NCBI GenBank assembly: GCA_964654165.1
Contig: CAZZGN010000003.1
Coordinates: 1-34,327 of the forward strand
Direction: 5' to 3'
From: an uncultured Methanosarcinales archaeon
Lineage (GTDB): Archaea > Nanobdellota > Nanobdellia > Woesearchaeales > CAZZGN01
DNA: 34,327 nt
In this document: positions 25,549 through 34,327 of the stretch, piece after piece
Position numbering within the stretch: position 1 is the first letter of the stretch
Layout: every line of letters begins with the position of its first letter
Notes under the pieces: generated by a model
What the model saw: only the letters and a program-made list of their open reading frames with translations
Database searches by the model: none
What the model was told of the DNA's origin: nothing
Position numbers and translations under genes: made by a program

Positions 25549-25821
25549 ATGGGAATCTTAGAAACCGGAATCAATATGGTCGTAGCTGGACAATATGCGG
25601 GGAAAAAAGAGAGTCATGGACAACCTTCTATCAATGTTAACACACAAGAAGGGCCAAAAGAGATAATATATGATAAATATACATGTGAGAATGGATGCAG
25701 TTATGATACTTGCATATTTCCAAAATGTATGGCCCCTGCAGATTTTATTAGTTTAGTGGCAGAGGATTATAGTGGTAAATTACACTTGAAAAAAGTTGAG
25801 AGAATTGACAGTTTTGATTAA
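25549..25821 (+). CDS. Hypothetical Cys-containing protein (~90 aa)
   Basis: SD-like GAGGTTGA before ATG 25549; TATA at ~25499-25506; CENGCSYDTCIFPKC. Confidence 0.55.
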   Translation: MGILETGINMVVAGQYAGKKESHGQPSINVNTQEGPKEIIYDKYTCENGCSYDTCIFPKCMAPADFISLVAEDYSGKLHLKKVERIDSFD

Positions 25822-25840
25822 ATTTACTATGGGGGAGAAT

Positions 25841-26089
25841 ATGGAGCAAAATTTCAACAAGGATGTAAGTTGTGTGATCAATACATGCAAACAGTGTTAT
25901 GATAGTATAAGAATGCCTGCATACATGCACGAAATCATACTAAAGCAAGAAAGTTTGCCATATTTGAAAAGAACCATCACAGGAAACCAGGACACTAGAT
26001 TAGGAAGTTTTTTTGTTAGCAAGTGCAATTTAATCTTTTGCAATGATAATTGCTTCCATATTTCACAGAAGATTAAACTTTCAAGCTAA
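25841..26089 (+). CDS. Hypothetical Cys-rich small protein (~82 aa)
   Basis: SD-like GGGGGAG before ATG 25841; CVINTCKQC...CNLIFCNDNC; 3' end overlaps the smc stop region. Confidence 0.45.
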   Translation: MEQNFNKDVSCVINTCKQCYDSIRMPAYMHEIILKQESLPYLKRTITGNQDTRLGSFFVSKCNLIFCNDNCFHISQKIKLSS

Positions 26090-29000
26090 CTATCTTGCTC
26101 ATGCCGTGTTCGTTCATACTGACACCATATAATGTGTCGGCTTCTGCAATTACCCCATCATTATGAGAAATAATTAAGTATTGGGCTCTTTCTGCGTATT
26201 TTTTTATTAAAGCAGCAAGTTTTTCAGCGTTTCTTTTGTCTAATGCTGCATCGACTTCATCAAGTATGTAGAAAGAAGCAGGGTCGTGCTCTTGTATGGA
26301 AAAAATGAATGCTAATGCGGTTAATGTCTTTTCTCCACCTGATAATGATCTTATGTCCAGGAATTTCTTTCCCGTAATTCTTACTTTAATCAGTACACCC
26401 TCAGCAAGAGGATCTTCAGAATTTTCAATTTCTAAATAAGCGTCGCCTTTTGTAGATAATTGCTGGAATATACTCTTGAAATTTTGATTTGCAATTTCAA
26501 ATGCTTTAATGAAAAGATCTTTCTTTTTTGATTCAATTTCATTCATCATCATAATTACATCTTCTTTTTCTAATCTTAACATGTCCTTTTTCTCATTTAA
26601 GTTGTTGTATTCTTTTTCTACAATATCATATATCTCAAGAGCTTTCATATTAACATTGCCGATAGAAGCCAATGCAATGTCATAACGTCTTATATTCTCC
26701 CTTAGATTATCTTTGTTTTTATTTGCTAGAAGTTCTGTTTTTTCATATTGTTTGTATTCTTCTTCTAATGCTGCAAGTTCAGCTTTGAATCTTGCAGTCT
26801 CAACAGAATATGAGTTTGATTTTATTTCAATCTCTCTCAATTGCTTATCTTTTACTATTTCTTTTTCTTCAAACTTTCTTATGTTATCGCTAATTTCATT
26901 TCTTTTTCCAAATAATCCTTTGAATTGCTTTCTGAATTCATTTTCTTTGACTTCTTTTATCTTGAGTTCTTCATTCTGTTTTTTTATCGTGTCTTTTAAA
27001 AGTCTTATTTCTTCATTGAAATCTGCTTCTTCTTTGTCATGCTGTTTTAATATCTTTAAGGTATTGTATTTTTCTGGTTCGAGAATTGTTTTAATTTGGA
27101 TGTCGATGTTTTTTGCTTCGCCTTCAAATTTCATTATATCTTCTTTAAGTTCATCTTTCTTTTGCTCGAATGCATTTAGTTCAGCAAGTTTTCTTGGATT
27201 TCTAAGTTCTCCAATTTGATCCCTTAATTTTTGCTTTTCTGTCTTGATTTTTGCCAGGTCTTGGTTAATTAAGCTGATTTTGTTTTGCATTTCTGTTAAT
27301 TCTTTATCTATTTGTGTGAGTTCTTTTATGAAATCTTCTTTAACTTGAACAGATGCTTTCACGTCATCAGAATCTAGATGAAGGCTTTTTTCTTTCTTAA
27401 TTATTTCTCCTTCTAAGTTTGCTTTCTTCTCTCTTAATTCTGTTATTTCATCTTCATTATTTTTTCTGTTATTTTCGACGTTTGTTAGAAGTTTTTGATA
27501 ATCAGCTTCTTGTTTTTCCAATTCCTTCGTTTCTGCCATTAGTTCGTCTTCTTTAAAACTGAATGTTGTTTTTTTTCTGAAACCACCGTGCATCGCCCCG
27601 CTTGTTTCAACTAAATCTCCAGTTAGTGACGACATTCTAACTGTACCCACTCCAATTCTTCTTGCTGTATCTATACTGTCTACGATTAATGTTCTTCCGA
27701 AAACATAAGAAAATATTTTATTGAATTTTGGATCGTAAGTTATCAAATCCGAAGCCAACCCATGTACACCGTTAGCTTTCATAAGTTTTTTTAGTTCTTC
27801 TGATTGTGTTGAGAATTTAATTTTATTTAGTGGGAGGAATGTTGCTGTTCCTAATTTGTTTTGTTTTAGATATTTTATACAGTCTGCTGCAACTTTATCA
27901 TCTTCAACGACGATGCTTTTTATTCTTGGACCAGCTGCAGTTTCTAATGCTTGAGAATATTTACTTTTTACACTTCCCAAATCATATACTGTCCCGTAAA
28001 CTTTTCCGAATTTAGACTTGTTTTCAAGAATTTTTTGTGTTGCAATGTCCCCGGCTGCTACTTGTCTCGCGGCGTTTGTCTTTGCGTTTATGGCTGCAAG
28101 ATTTTCTCTAATTTTCTCTAATTTTGTTCTTGCTGTTGTTGATTGTGCTGTGATGGATTGATTTTCGTCTAAGGATTTGCTTAATTTTAATGTAGTTGTT
28201 TTTAATTCTTCTCTGTCTTTTTTCAATTGATCAATTTCATGCTTGTATTCTTTTTCGAGTTCTTTGACTTTTATTATTTTATCATCTATAGATTGTATTT
28301 GAAATTCTATACGATCTTTATTTCTCATAAATTCCTGCTGTTGTTCTCTAAGTTTATGAATGTCTATTTGTTTTTTGTCAATATCTTTGTCTAAGCTGTC
28401 GATGTTTTTTTCTATGTCTCCTGCGTTATCTAATTGATTGTCAGACCTATATTGTTTTATTTTATCTTCGATTTGCTTTAATTGTTGTTTTTTGTCTTTT
28501 ACAGCTTTTGACAGTTCTTCTTTTTCTTTTTCAGAGTTTCTTATTTTTGTGTTTATATCTTCCAGATTTTTATTTAATTGATCTTTTCTTTGTGTTAATC
28601 TGGTTATTTCATTTTCGCACGAACCGATTCTTGTTTTGTTTGTCGAAACATCTACTTTTAATTGTTCTACTTCTTTATGGATTGTTACTTGTTCTTTTTC
28701 ACCCTGATTTTCGATGTCGTCATTTATTTTTCTCTCTTCTTCTTTTAGATTTTTTATTTTTTTATTTAGTTCGTCAATTTCTTTTTGGAGTTTGGAGACT
28801 TTGTTTCCATATCCTTCCATATTTTCGTTTACTTTTTTTATTTGGGATTCTTTTTCAAGAATTTGCGTGTTTAATAAAGTGGCTTTGCTTCTTGTCAACT
28901 TTGTTCGCAGATCTTTGTACTTTAGTGCTTGATCCCTTTCTGTTTTTAATTCATCTAAATGACCTTTTCTTTCTATTAAAATGATATCAGCTTCATTGAG

Positions 29001-29564
29001 TTTTTGCTCGACTCTGTTTAATTCGTTTTCCGCTTTTTTCTTTTTTTCTTCGTAAATTGAGATTCCGGAAATTTCTTCAATTATTTTTCTTCTTTCATCT
29101 GGGGGCATTTCTACAAATTTAACTATATCTCCCTGAAGAATTATATTGTAGCCGTCAGGATTTATTCTGGCTATGCTTAATAAATCTAAAATCTGTTGTT
29201 TTGTTCTTACTTTGTCGTTTATTTTGTAGACAGATTGACCTGTTTGTTTTACTATCCTTGTTATTTTGACTTCTTTTTCATCAGTTGGGAATGTCTTGTC
29301 ATTGTTATCAAAGTAGATTGATACTTCTCCCTGCTTTGAAGGAGGTTTTGCTTTTCCGCCGTTGTAGATAAGATTTGCGGCTTTTTCAGCTCTCATGCCT
29401 TTTGCTGAACCTTTTCCTAATACAAAAGATAAAGCGTCCATTACATTAGATTTCCCACTTCCATTTGGACCTAACACACAATTAAACTTCTCTCCGAGAA
29501 CTAATTCAGTCTTAGTTGCAAAAGACTTAAATCCGCTCATGACTATATTATTGATACGTGTCAT
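26073..29564 (-). CDS. smc: Chromosome segregation protein SMC
   Basis: GFKSF, Walker A GPNGSGKSN, Q-loop ILQG, hinge (G.ATFLPL; G.MHGG), coiled coils, LSGGEK, ILDEVDAALD, ISH. Confidence 0.97.
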   Translation of the reverse strand: MTRINNIVMSGFKSFATKTELVLGEKFNCVLGPNGSGKSNVMDALSFVLGKGSAKGMRAEKAANLIYNGGKAKPPSKQGEVSIYFDNNDKTFPTDEKEVKITRIVKQTGQSVYKINDKVRTKQQILDLLSIARINPDGYNIILQGDIVKFVEMPPDERRKIIEEISGISIYEEKKKKAENELNRVEQKLNEADIILIERKGHLDELKTERDQALKYKDLRTKLTRSKATLLNTQILEKESQIKKVNENMEGYGNKVSKLQKEIDELNKKIKNLKEEERKINDDIENQGEKEQVTIHKEVEQLKVDVSTNKTRIGSCENEITRLTQRKDQLNKNLEDINTKIRNSEKEKEELSKAVKDKKQQLKQIEDKIKQYRSDNQLDNAGDIEKNIDSLDKDIDKKQIDIHKLREQQQEFMRNKDRIEFQIQSIDDKIIKVKELEKEYKHEIDQLKKDREELKTTTLKLSKSLDENQSITAQSTTARTKLEKIRENLAAINAKTNAARQVAAGDIATQKILENKSKFGKVYGTVYDLGSVKSKYSQALETAAGPRIKSIVVEDDKVAADCIKYLKQNKLGTATFLPLNKIKFSTQSEELKKLMKANGVHGLASDLITYDPKFNKIFSYVFGRTLIVDSIDTARRIGVGTVRMSSLTGDLVETSGAMHGGFRKKTTFSFKEDELMAETKELEKQEADYQKLLTNVENNRKNNEDEITELREKKANLEGEIIKKEKSLHLDSDDVKASVQVKEDFIKELTQIDKELTEMQNKISLINQDLAKIKTEKQKLRDQIGELRNPRKLAELNAFEQKKDELKEDIMKFEGEAKNIDIQIKTILEPEKYNTLKILKQHDKEEADFNEEIRLLKDTIKKQNEELKIKEVKENEFRKQFKGLFGKRNEISDNIRKFEEKEIVKDKQLREIEIKSNSYSVETARFKAELAALEEEYKQYEKTELLANKNKDNLRENIRRYDIALASIGNVNMKALEIYDIVEKEYNNLNEKKDMLRLEKEDVIMMMNEIESKKKDLFIKAFEIANQNFKSIFQQLSTKGDAYLEIENSEDPLAEGVLIKVRITGKKFLDIRSLSGGEKTLTALAFIFSIQEHDPASFYILDEVDAALDKRNAEKLAALIKKYAERAQYLIISHNDGVIAEADTLYGVSMNEHGMSKIVSLKV

Positions 29565-29602
29565 GTTATTCTTTTTTATATTTCTTTTTATAAAACTGTC
29601 GT

Positions 29603-32600
29603 TTATGAGAGTATTTCGATTGGCTTGAAAGTGTAATTATCGCCGCAAAATTCTGAGGTGCAGCATGCTTGATACGTATCGTCTATTTCTTCTATACATC
29701 CAGAATCATTTACAAAAGTAGCTGGATCTTCATCAAGTTTCGTATTACATTCAGTTGTATTTGTGGGAGAATAACATCCACAAGGAATATCATCATAAAT
29801 GCATCGAAAGAATTCATCACATGAATCTACTGTGCAAGGTTCATTGTCATCACAAGTGTGAGGTCCATATACACAGATATTATCAACGCATTCCCAAGTT
29901 TCGCAAAATAAATCACGATCGCAATCATCGTCTATTAGGCAGCCGTCATAATTACAATTACTTGTGTCTATTTCACAGTTTTTATCACATACAAGCCACC
30001 CACCTAAAAATCCTTCAAAATCCCTACAGTCAACATCTCCATCTCCATCATCATCCCAATCTCCAACATTGTATCCATCAGCATCACATTCAGAGTCGCA
30101 AGCATCTACACTACATATTCTTTCAGGGCAATTGTCACCTATGATAGAAACGCATGTTCCGAAATTTAACTGGTAGAAATAGCCCTTCTCCTTCTTAGGT
30201 TTTTTCTTTTTAGAGTCTGAGCAGTCTGGTTCTTTACACCATTCACAGCTTTTATCCTTTTTACAGTCCTTTTCTTTTGTATAGTCATTACAATTTTCAC
30301 GAAGAACATGAATTTCATTTGTTATGTTGTCGCCTATTTGGATACAACCATCATTTATATAAGTGAATAAGTCTACAGTTGGGTTTTTTGTGCATGATTT
30401 TGCGATAGTTGAAGTATTAACTGTGCATGAGAAATTTCCTTTATTTCCGTTCCAGTTCCCTCCCCAATTGCAAGTGTTTTCGTCTAATGTGACCTTTAAG
30501 CAAGTGTGACCTATAATACTAACAGTTGAATTAACTTCGATAATAGTTGTGTTTGTTGTACAATCTACACTAGTTAAATCTAAAATTTCAACAGCGCAGT
30601 CATCGTCATCCCAGTCAATTAAACCATCTAAATCATCATCCTCGCCGTTTGTGCATATTTCTACTCCTGGTATTGGATCACAATTCATACCAATAGGACT
30701 GGCTGGTTGATATCCAGTATCACATTTGCAAGTAACCTCATTACATCCAGTTCCCCAAGCTACTCCATTATATTCACATTCTTCAGAGGTGTAAATTTCG
30801 CCATCACCACATTCATTACATCCTTCAGATTCATATTGAGGTGTTGATGGACCATAAACATAATATGGGGTAAAGCATGGATCATCATCCCATAAGCAAG
30901 TGTCTGAACAGTTTCTATTATATGAGATGTAATCTCTGAATGTTCTTGTTACACCACTTCCATAACAACCATCAATTCCTCCTTCAGGGCAAGTATTAGA
31001 AGAAGAACCATCGCAAGTATCAGAGCATTGTATAACAGAACAAACATAAGTTATCACTGTGCTAATATCAACACACCTATCAATACCCCCACTATACATT
31101 GGAGAGGAACCTTGACATTTAGTAACCCATTTACAAAGCCCATCCCCTGCACATGTTCCTATACCTCTTGCTGAACATAAACTTGGATTTACAGTTAGGA
31201 ATTCTGACTTAGGAGTTCCAATTTGATAAGAACGATCATCTGGTTCTGTAGCAGAACTGTATACATCACATACAATATTATCACTTTCTGTAAACACTCT
31301 ATTTCTAAAAGTTACTTGAGAAAATCCAACATTCCAAGAATCTCCTACTTGCCAACCTAAATCTAAATCACCAGCACTATAAACACCATTATTATCGTTA
31401 TCAATGAAAGTATAAATGCTATTATAACCAGCATCATTATCATTTACTGTACAAGTAATGTCAATAGAATCACCAGAAGTAATTGGATTTCCACTTAAAG
31501 TTATAGCAATTATTTCAACTCCACAATCATTATCACCGTGGAATGTATCTGAGCTATCCCAATTTGTATCTCCGTCACAATCTTCATCGATTGTTCCAAA
31601 AGTACAAACTTCTGAATCTGGTGTGCATGAAGAAGGTTCACCAACACAAGTATAACATATTTCTTGGGCACAACTATCTGAACAACCATCGTTATTGTTT
31701 GTATTTCCGTCGTCGCATCCTTCACCAATTTCTACAATGCCATTTCCACAGACAGGGATTAATTCACAATTCAATCCTGCAGGGATTGTCGGTTGATAAC
31801 CAGTATCACATTCGCAAGTCCAATCGTCTGTACATCCAGTTCCCCAAGTTAGTCCATTGTCTGGTGATTCGCATTCTTCTATTCCTGTTACAATTGAATC
31901 ACCACAACTACTAACTGTATCTCTACACCAGCAATTGCTTGCTGAAAAACAAAAGTAATATTCGCTTGCAGTTATACAACAACCGAGGTTCCCATAAGTA
32001 ACATCTAACATTGGAGATCTTGTATAATCTGTATCATCACATGTACATTCTCCAGGATTTCCAGAACCTATACAATTCAAATTCCCATCACATTCTTCTG
32101 GAGCTTCAATAATTAAGTTTCCACAATTGCTTCCTCCACTAGTTTCACAACAAATATCTTCATCATAACCTACTGTTCCACATTGAGCGACATGAGAATT
32201 TGTTGAATATTTTAAAGCTATGACGCACTTTTCTGTTGCACCACAACTTGCGCTTGTTGTGCAAGTTACACCTGTACTATCTGCACCCAAACATACTTCT
32301 TCGGTATATGTACCATCTGGGTTCGTTGTATCTGCTGCATGAGAATTACTAGTTTGGTATAAGTAAAATGCAACTTGACTACCTGTACAGGCAGAAGATT
32401 GACCTAAATCTGTCCCAGGACAGCATATCTTTTGTGGTCCTAATGTTGAGTCTTGAGAAACATGAGTATTTTCAGCGCTATTTACAGAAGCAATTGCAGT
32501 ATCAGTAGTACAATCTGCACTAATATAACAATTGTCTGTCAAGCTTAGAGCAAAAACACTAGTGGATAACAATATAATCGTTATAATAAAAATGAAAGCC

Positions 32601-32605
32601 CTCAT
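29603..32605 (-). CDS. Large secreted Cys-rich surface protein (Myxococcus-type Cys-rich repeats, DxDxDG Ca-binding motifs)
   Basis: Signal peptide; three N-terminal N(S/T)H repeats; CGNGIVEIGEGCDDGNTNNNDGCSDSC; EICTNGEDDDLDGLIDWDDDDC; CDDNEPCTVDSC. Confidence 0.88.
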   Translation of the reverse strand: MRAFIFIITIILLSTSVFALSLTDNCYISADCTTDTAIASVNSAENTHVSQDSTLGPQKICCPGTDLGQSSACTGSQVAFYLYQTSNSHAADTTNPDGTYTEEVCLGADSTGVTCTTSASCGATEKCVIALKYSTNSHVAQCGTVGYDEDICCETSGGSNCGNLIIEAPEECDGNLNCIGSGNPGECTCDDTDYTRSPMLDVTYGNLGCCITASEYYFCFSASNCWCRDTVSSCGDSIVTGIEECESPDNGLTWGTGCTDDWTCECDTGYQPTIPAGLNCELIPVCGNGIVEIGEGCDDGNTNNNDGCSDSCAQEICYTCVGEPSSCTPDSEVCTFGTIDEDCDGDTNWDSSDTFHGDNDCGVEIIAITLSGNPITSGDSIDITCTVNDNDAGYNSIYTFIDNDNNGVYSAGDLDLGWQVGDSWNVGFSQVTFRNRVFTESDNIVCDVYSSATEPDDRSYQIGTPKSEFLTVNPSLCSARGIGTCAGDGLCKWVTKCQGSSPMYSGGIDRCVDISTVITYVCSVIQCSDTCDGSSSNTCPEGGIDGCYGSGVTRTFRDYISYNRNCSDTCLWDDDPCFTPYYVYGPSTPQYESEGCNECGDGEIYTSEECEYNGVAWGTGCNEVTCKCDTGYQPASPIGMNCDPIPGVEICTNGEDDDLDGLIDWDDDDCAVEILDLTSVDCTTNTTIIEVNSTVSIIGHTCLKVTLDENTCNWGGNWNGNKGNFSCTVNTSTIAKSCTKNPTVDLFTYINDGCIQIGDNITNEIHVLRENCNDYTKEKDCKKDKSCEWCKEPDCSDSKKKKPKKEKGYFYQLNFGTCVSIIGDNCPERICSVDACDSECDADGYNVGDWDDDGDGDVDCRDFEGFLGGWLVCDKNCEIDTSNCNYDGCLIDDDCDRDLFCETWECVDNICVYGPHTCDDNEPCTVDSCDEFFRCIYDDIPCGCYSPTNTTECNTKLDEDPATFVNDSGCIEEIDDTYQACCTSEFCGDNYTFKPIEILS

Positions 32606-32798
32606 TCATTAACCTCTTTCTCATATTTAGATAGACAGACATTTATAAATTTAACTAATACAACGATGTATTATTTTTGATTCGAATGTCAAAAATTAAC
32701 GGCATTTATAAGTTTACTACCCTTCTGTGACAATAAAATAGAAAAGTTTATATACTACCTTCCCCCCTAACTCGATGAAAACACACGGGTGGTAATAA

Positions 32799-33542
32799 AT
32801 GGGTTTACTTAACAAAATTAAGAATTTCTATCATTATAATAAAGCAATTGTTAAAATAAGTACTTTAGCTACGATTTTGACTGGTATTGGGGTATTACTT
32901 TCAAACGATACTCAAGCTCAAGATTATTCTCCGACTGCTATAAGTGAAGACGAAGCAAAACATATTGACACTATTGTGGCTCAGAATTATGAGCTCAACC
33001 CAGTAGATTTTCATACTACTCAAACAGTATATACAACAGCTGGAAATAGATGGGATATTCCAATGGCAGTTACAACTTCGAATGATACAGTAGCTGGTGG
33101 AGACTTTAGTGGTTATGCATGGGTCCATAATACAACACCCGATCAAAGGACAGTTCTTAGAGATAGTCTGCCTAATACCTGTATAGATATTTTAGATTTA
33201 AATGATTACACACCTGAAGAATATCAAGAAGCAGCAGAAAATCATTGGGATGGGTGCGGGTATTTTCCAACAGCAATAAATCCTTTTACTGAACCTACAT
33301 CAACATTAAATGTCCAGGCATATCCAAATCCATTTACGAATGGTTTTACTATTAAACCAAACGAGGATATATCAAGAATTGTAATGTATAATCAGCTTGG
33401 ACAAGAAATATATAGAAATAATTCAGAAGTGAAAGCAGATAAAACACTAACAATTAATCAGGAATTGTCAAATGGTGTTTACATAATGAAATTGATAAAC
33501 GATAAAAATGAAGTTGTAACAAAAAAATTGGTGAAACAATGA
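32799..33542 (+). CDS. Secreted protein with a T9SS type A-like C-terminal sorting domain
   Basis: C-terminal AYPNPFT..F.I......I.MYNQLGQEI...L.NGVYIMKL.......TKKLVKQ; signal peptide ending TQA-Q. Confidence 0.82.
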   Translation: MGLLNKIKNFYHYNKAIVKISTLATILTGIGVLLSNDTQAQDYSPTAISEDEAKHIDTIVAQNYELNPVDFHTTQTVYTTAGNRWDIPMAVTTSNDTVAGGDFSGYAWVHNTTPDQRTVLRDSLPNTCIDILDLNDYTPEEYQEAAENHWDGCGYFPTAINPFTEPTSTLNVQAYPNPFTNGFTIKPNEDISRIVMYNQLGQEIYRNNSEVKADKTLTINQELSNGVYIMKLINDKNEVVTKKLVKQ

Positions 33543-34327
33543 AAAGGACAGTAATTTTTCTTTTAACATTGTTGTTAGTTTTTAGTTTAGCCATTGGAGT
33601 TTCAGCAACAAATCAACTTCCTCCTAAAATAGCAGATGTAGCTCCATTATCAACGCCAATTATTGATAACATAATCTTACAAACACCGACAATAGCCGGA
33701 GAATTTGCATCACTAACTATTCACGTTCAAAATGGAGACGCATTAACAAATAATGTTGTTGTTACAGTAGACCCAGTTGCTCCGCATATGGATCCAATAA
33801 CTGTAAACATAGGAACAATGCAGCCAAATCAAGGACAGCATATTTTACTTTATCTTAATTATCCACAACCTGGAATATTCACAGGAAATATCAACTTAAA
33901 TTATCAAGGTGGAAATAACAATTACCCGTATACAGCAAATGTTCAGTCAAATCCAATTCCAACTGCACCCATTGTTTATGAAATCCCAGACATAGAATTC
34001 GAAGAAAACGATCAATATGTATTAGATTTATCTGAATACGTAACTGATGTAAATGGAGATTCAATATCTTGGACATCAACATCACAAGAACCCAATATTC
34101 AAATTACAATAAACGGTCAAATTGCAACATTCACAGCAACAACAAATTGGAACGGAAACAGTGAAGGACAATTCCATGCTAATGATGGTATGTTCACAGT
34201 AGATTCAAATATGTTTGACATGGTGGTATACCCAGTTAATCAAGAACCAACTATGCTTACATTTACAGTAAGTCCAGATTCGGTTGTTGAAGGAGAAGAT
34301 TTTACAGCAACAGGAACTTTTGATGAT
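33539..34327 (+). CDS. Secreted cadherin-like/Ig-repeat surface protein, 3'-truncated by the window edge
   Basis: ATGA overlap with the previous gene; MKRTVIFLLTLLLVFSLAIGVSA signal; IPDIEFEEND...LDLSEYVTDVNGD...NWNG...ANDG...V.PVNQEP cadherin-like repeat; open to the end of the window. Confidence 0.85.
   Translation, partial: MKRTVIFLLTLLLVFSLAIGVSATNQLPPKIADVAPLSTPIIDNIILQTPTIAGEFASLTIHVQNGDALTNNVVVTVDPVAPHMDPITVNIGTMQPNQGQHILLYLNYPQPGIFTGNINLNYQGGNNNYPYTANVQSNPIPTAPIVYEIPDIEFEENDQYVLDLSEYVTDVNGDSISWTSTSQEPNIQITINGQIATFTATTNWNGNSEGQFHANDGMFTVDSNMFDMVVYPVNQEPTMLTFTVSPDSVVEGEDFTATGTFDD

Noticed and set aside
26073-29564. SMC as part of a Wadjet/Lamassu-type defence system
   Set aside because: Canonical condensin-type SMC with hinge domain and standard motifs; no jetA/B/D or effector neighbours.
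1342-34085. Many 60-170 aa ORFs antisense to or nested in long genes (e.g. 1342-1617, 3553-3774, 3884-4156, 6527-6868, 17695-18123, 26713-27219, 28508-28984, 29755-30144, 31510-31728, 33891-34085)
   Set aside because: They overlap well-supported genes or a tRNA, have the F/S/L/I-rich composition expected from reverse-complemented K/E-rich coding DNA, and show no motifs.

Overview
AT-rich, gene-dense archaeal chromosome segment, most likely from a DPANN archaeon (Woesearchaeota-like; the lineage is inferred). Archaeal signs are tRNA-Arg(GCG), tRNA genes without encoded CCA, TATA boxes a constant ~22 nt before many start codons, a Hel308-type helicase and a COG1361 S-layer-domain/ABC operon. 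The window holds about 40 CDS, several of them small or partial and missing from the ORF track, plus two tRNAs. Recognisable products include a Ski2/HelY-like helicase, S4 protein, MnmC-like methyltransferase, solo Cas4/RecB-like nuclease, YggS, an orphan PEP-utiliser His-domain protein, a radical SAM enzyme, CYTH, HAD, a MacB-type ABC operon with a GbsR-type regulator, a PIG-L/GT4 pair, SMC and large secreted surface proteins. The most notable observations are five. (1) A 499-aa remodelled PRPP-synthetase homologue with a rewritten ATP-site loop, translationally coupled to a tRNA-modification methyltransferase. (2) A Hel308 gene that lacks its whole N-terminal ATPase domain yet has its own promoter, a candidate split gene. 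(3) A Bacteroidota-style T9SS C-terminal-domain protein with a Q-rule signal peptide in an archaeal surface-protein cluster. (4) A ~55-bp structured insertion that duplicated the last codons (ALRYE*) of an ABC permease with synonymous-only changes. (5) A tRNA-Thr with paired non-canonical changes at the D-loop/T-loop elbow. No CRISPR array, rRNA, integrase or transposase was seen.
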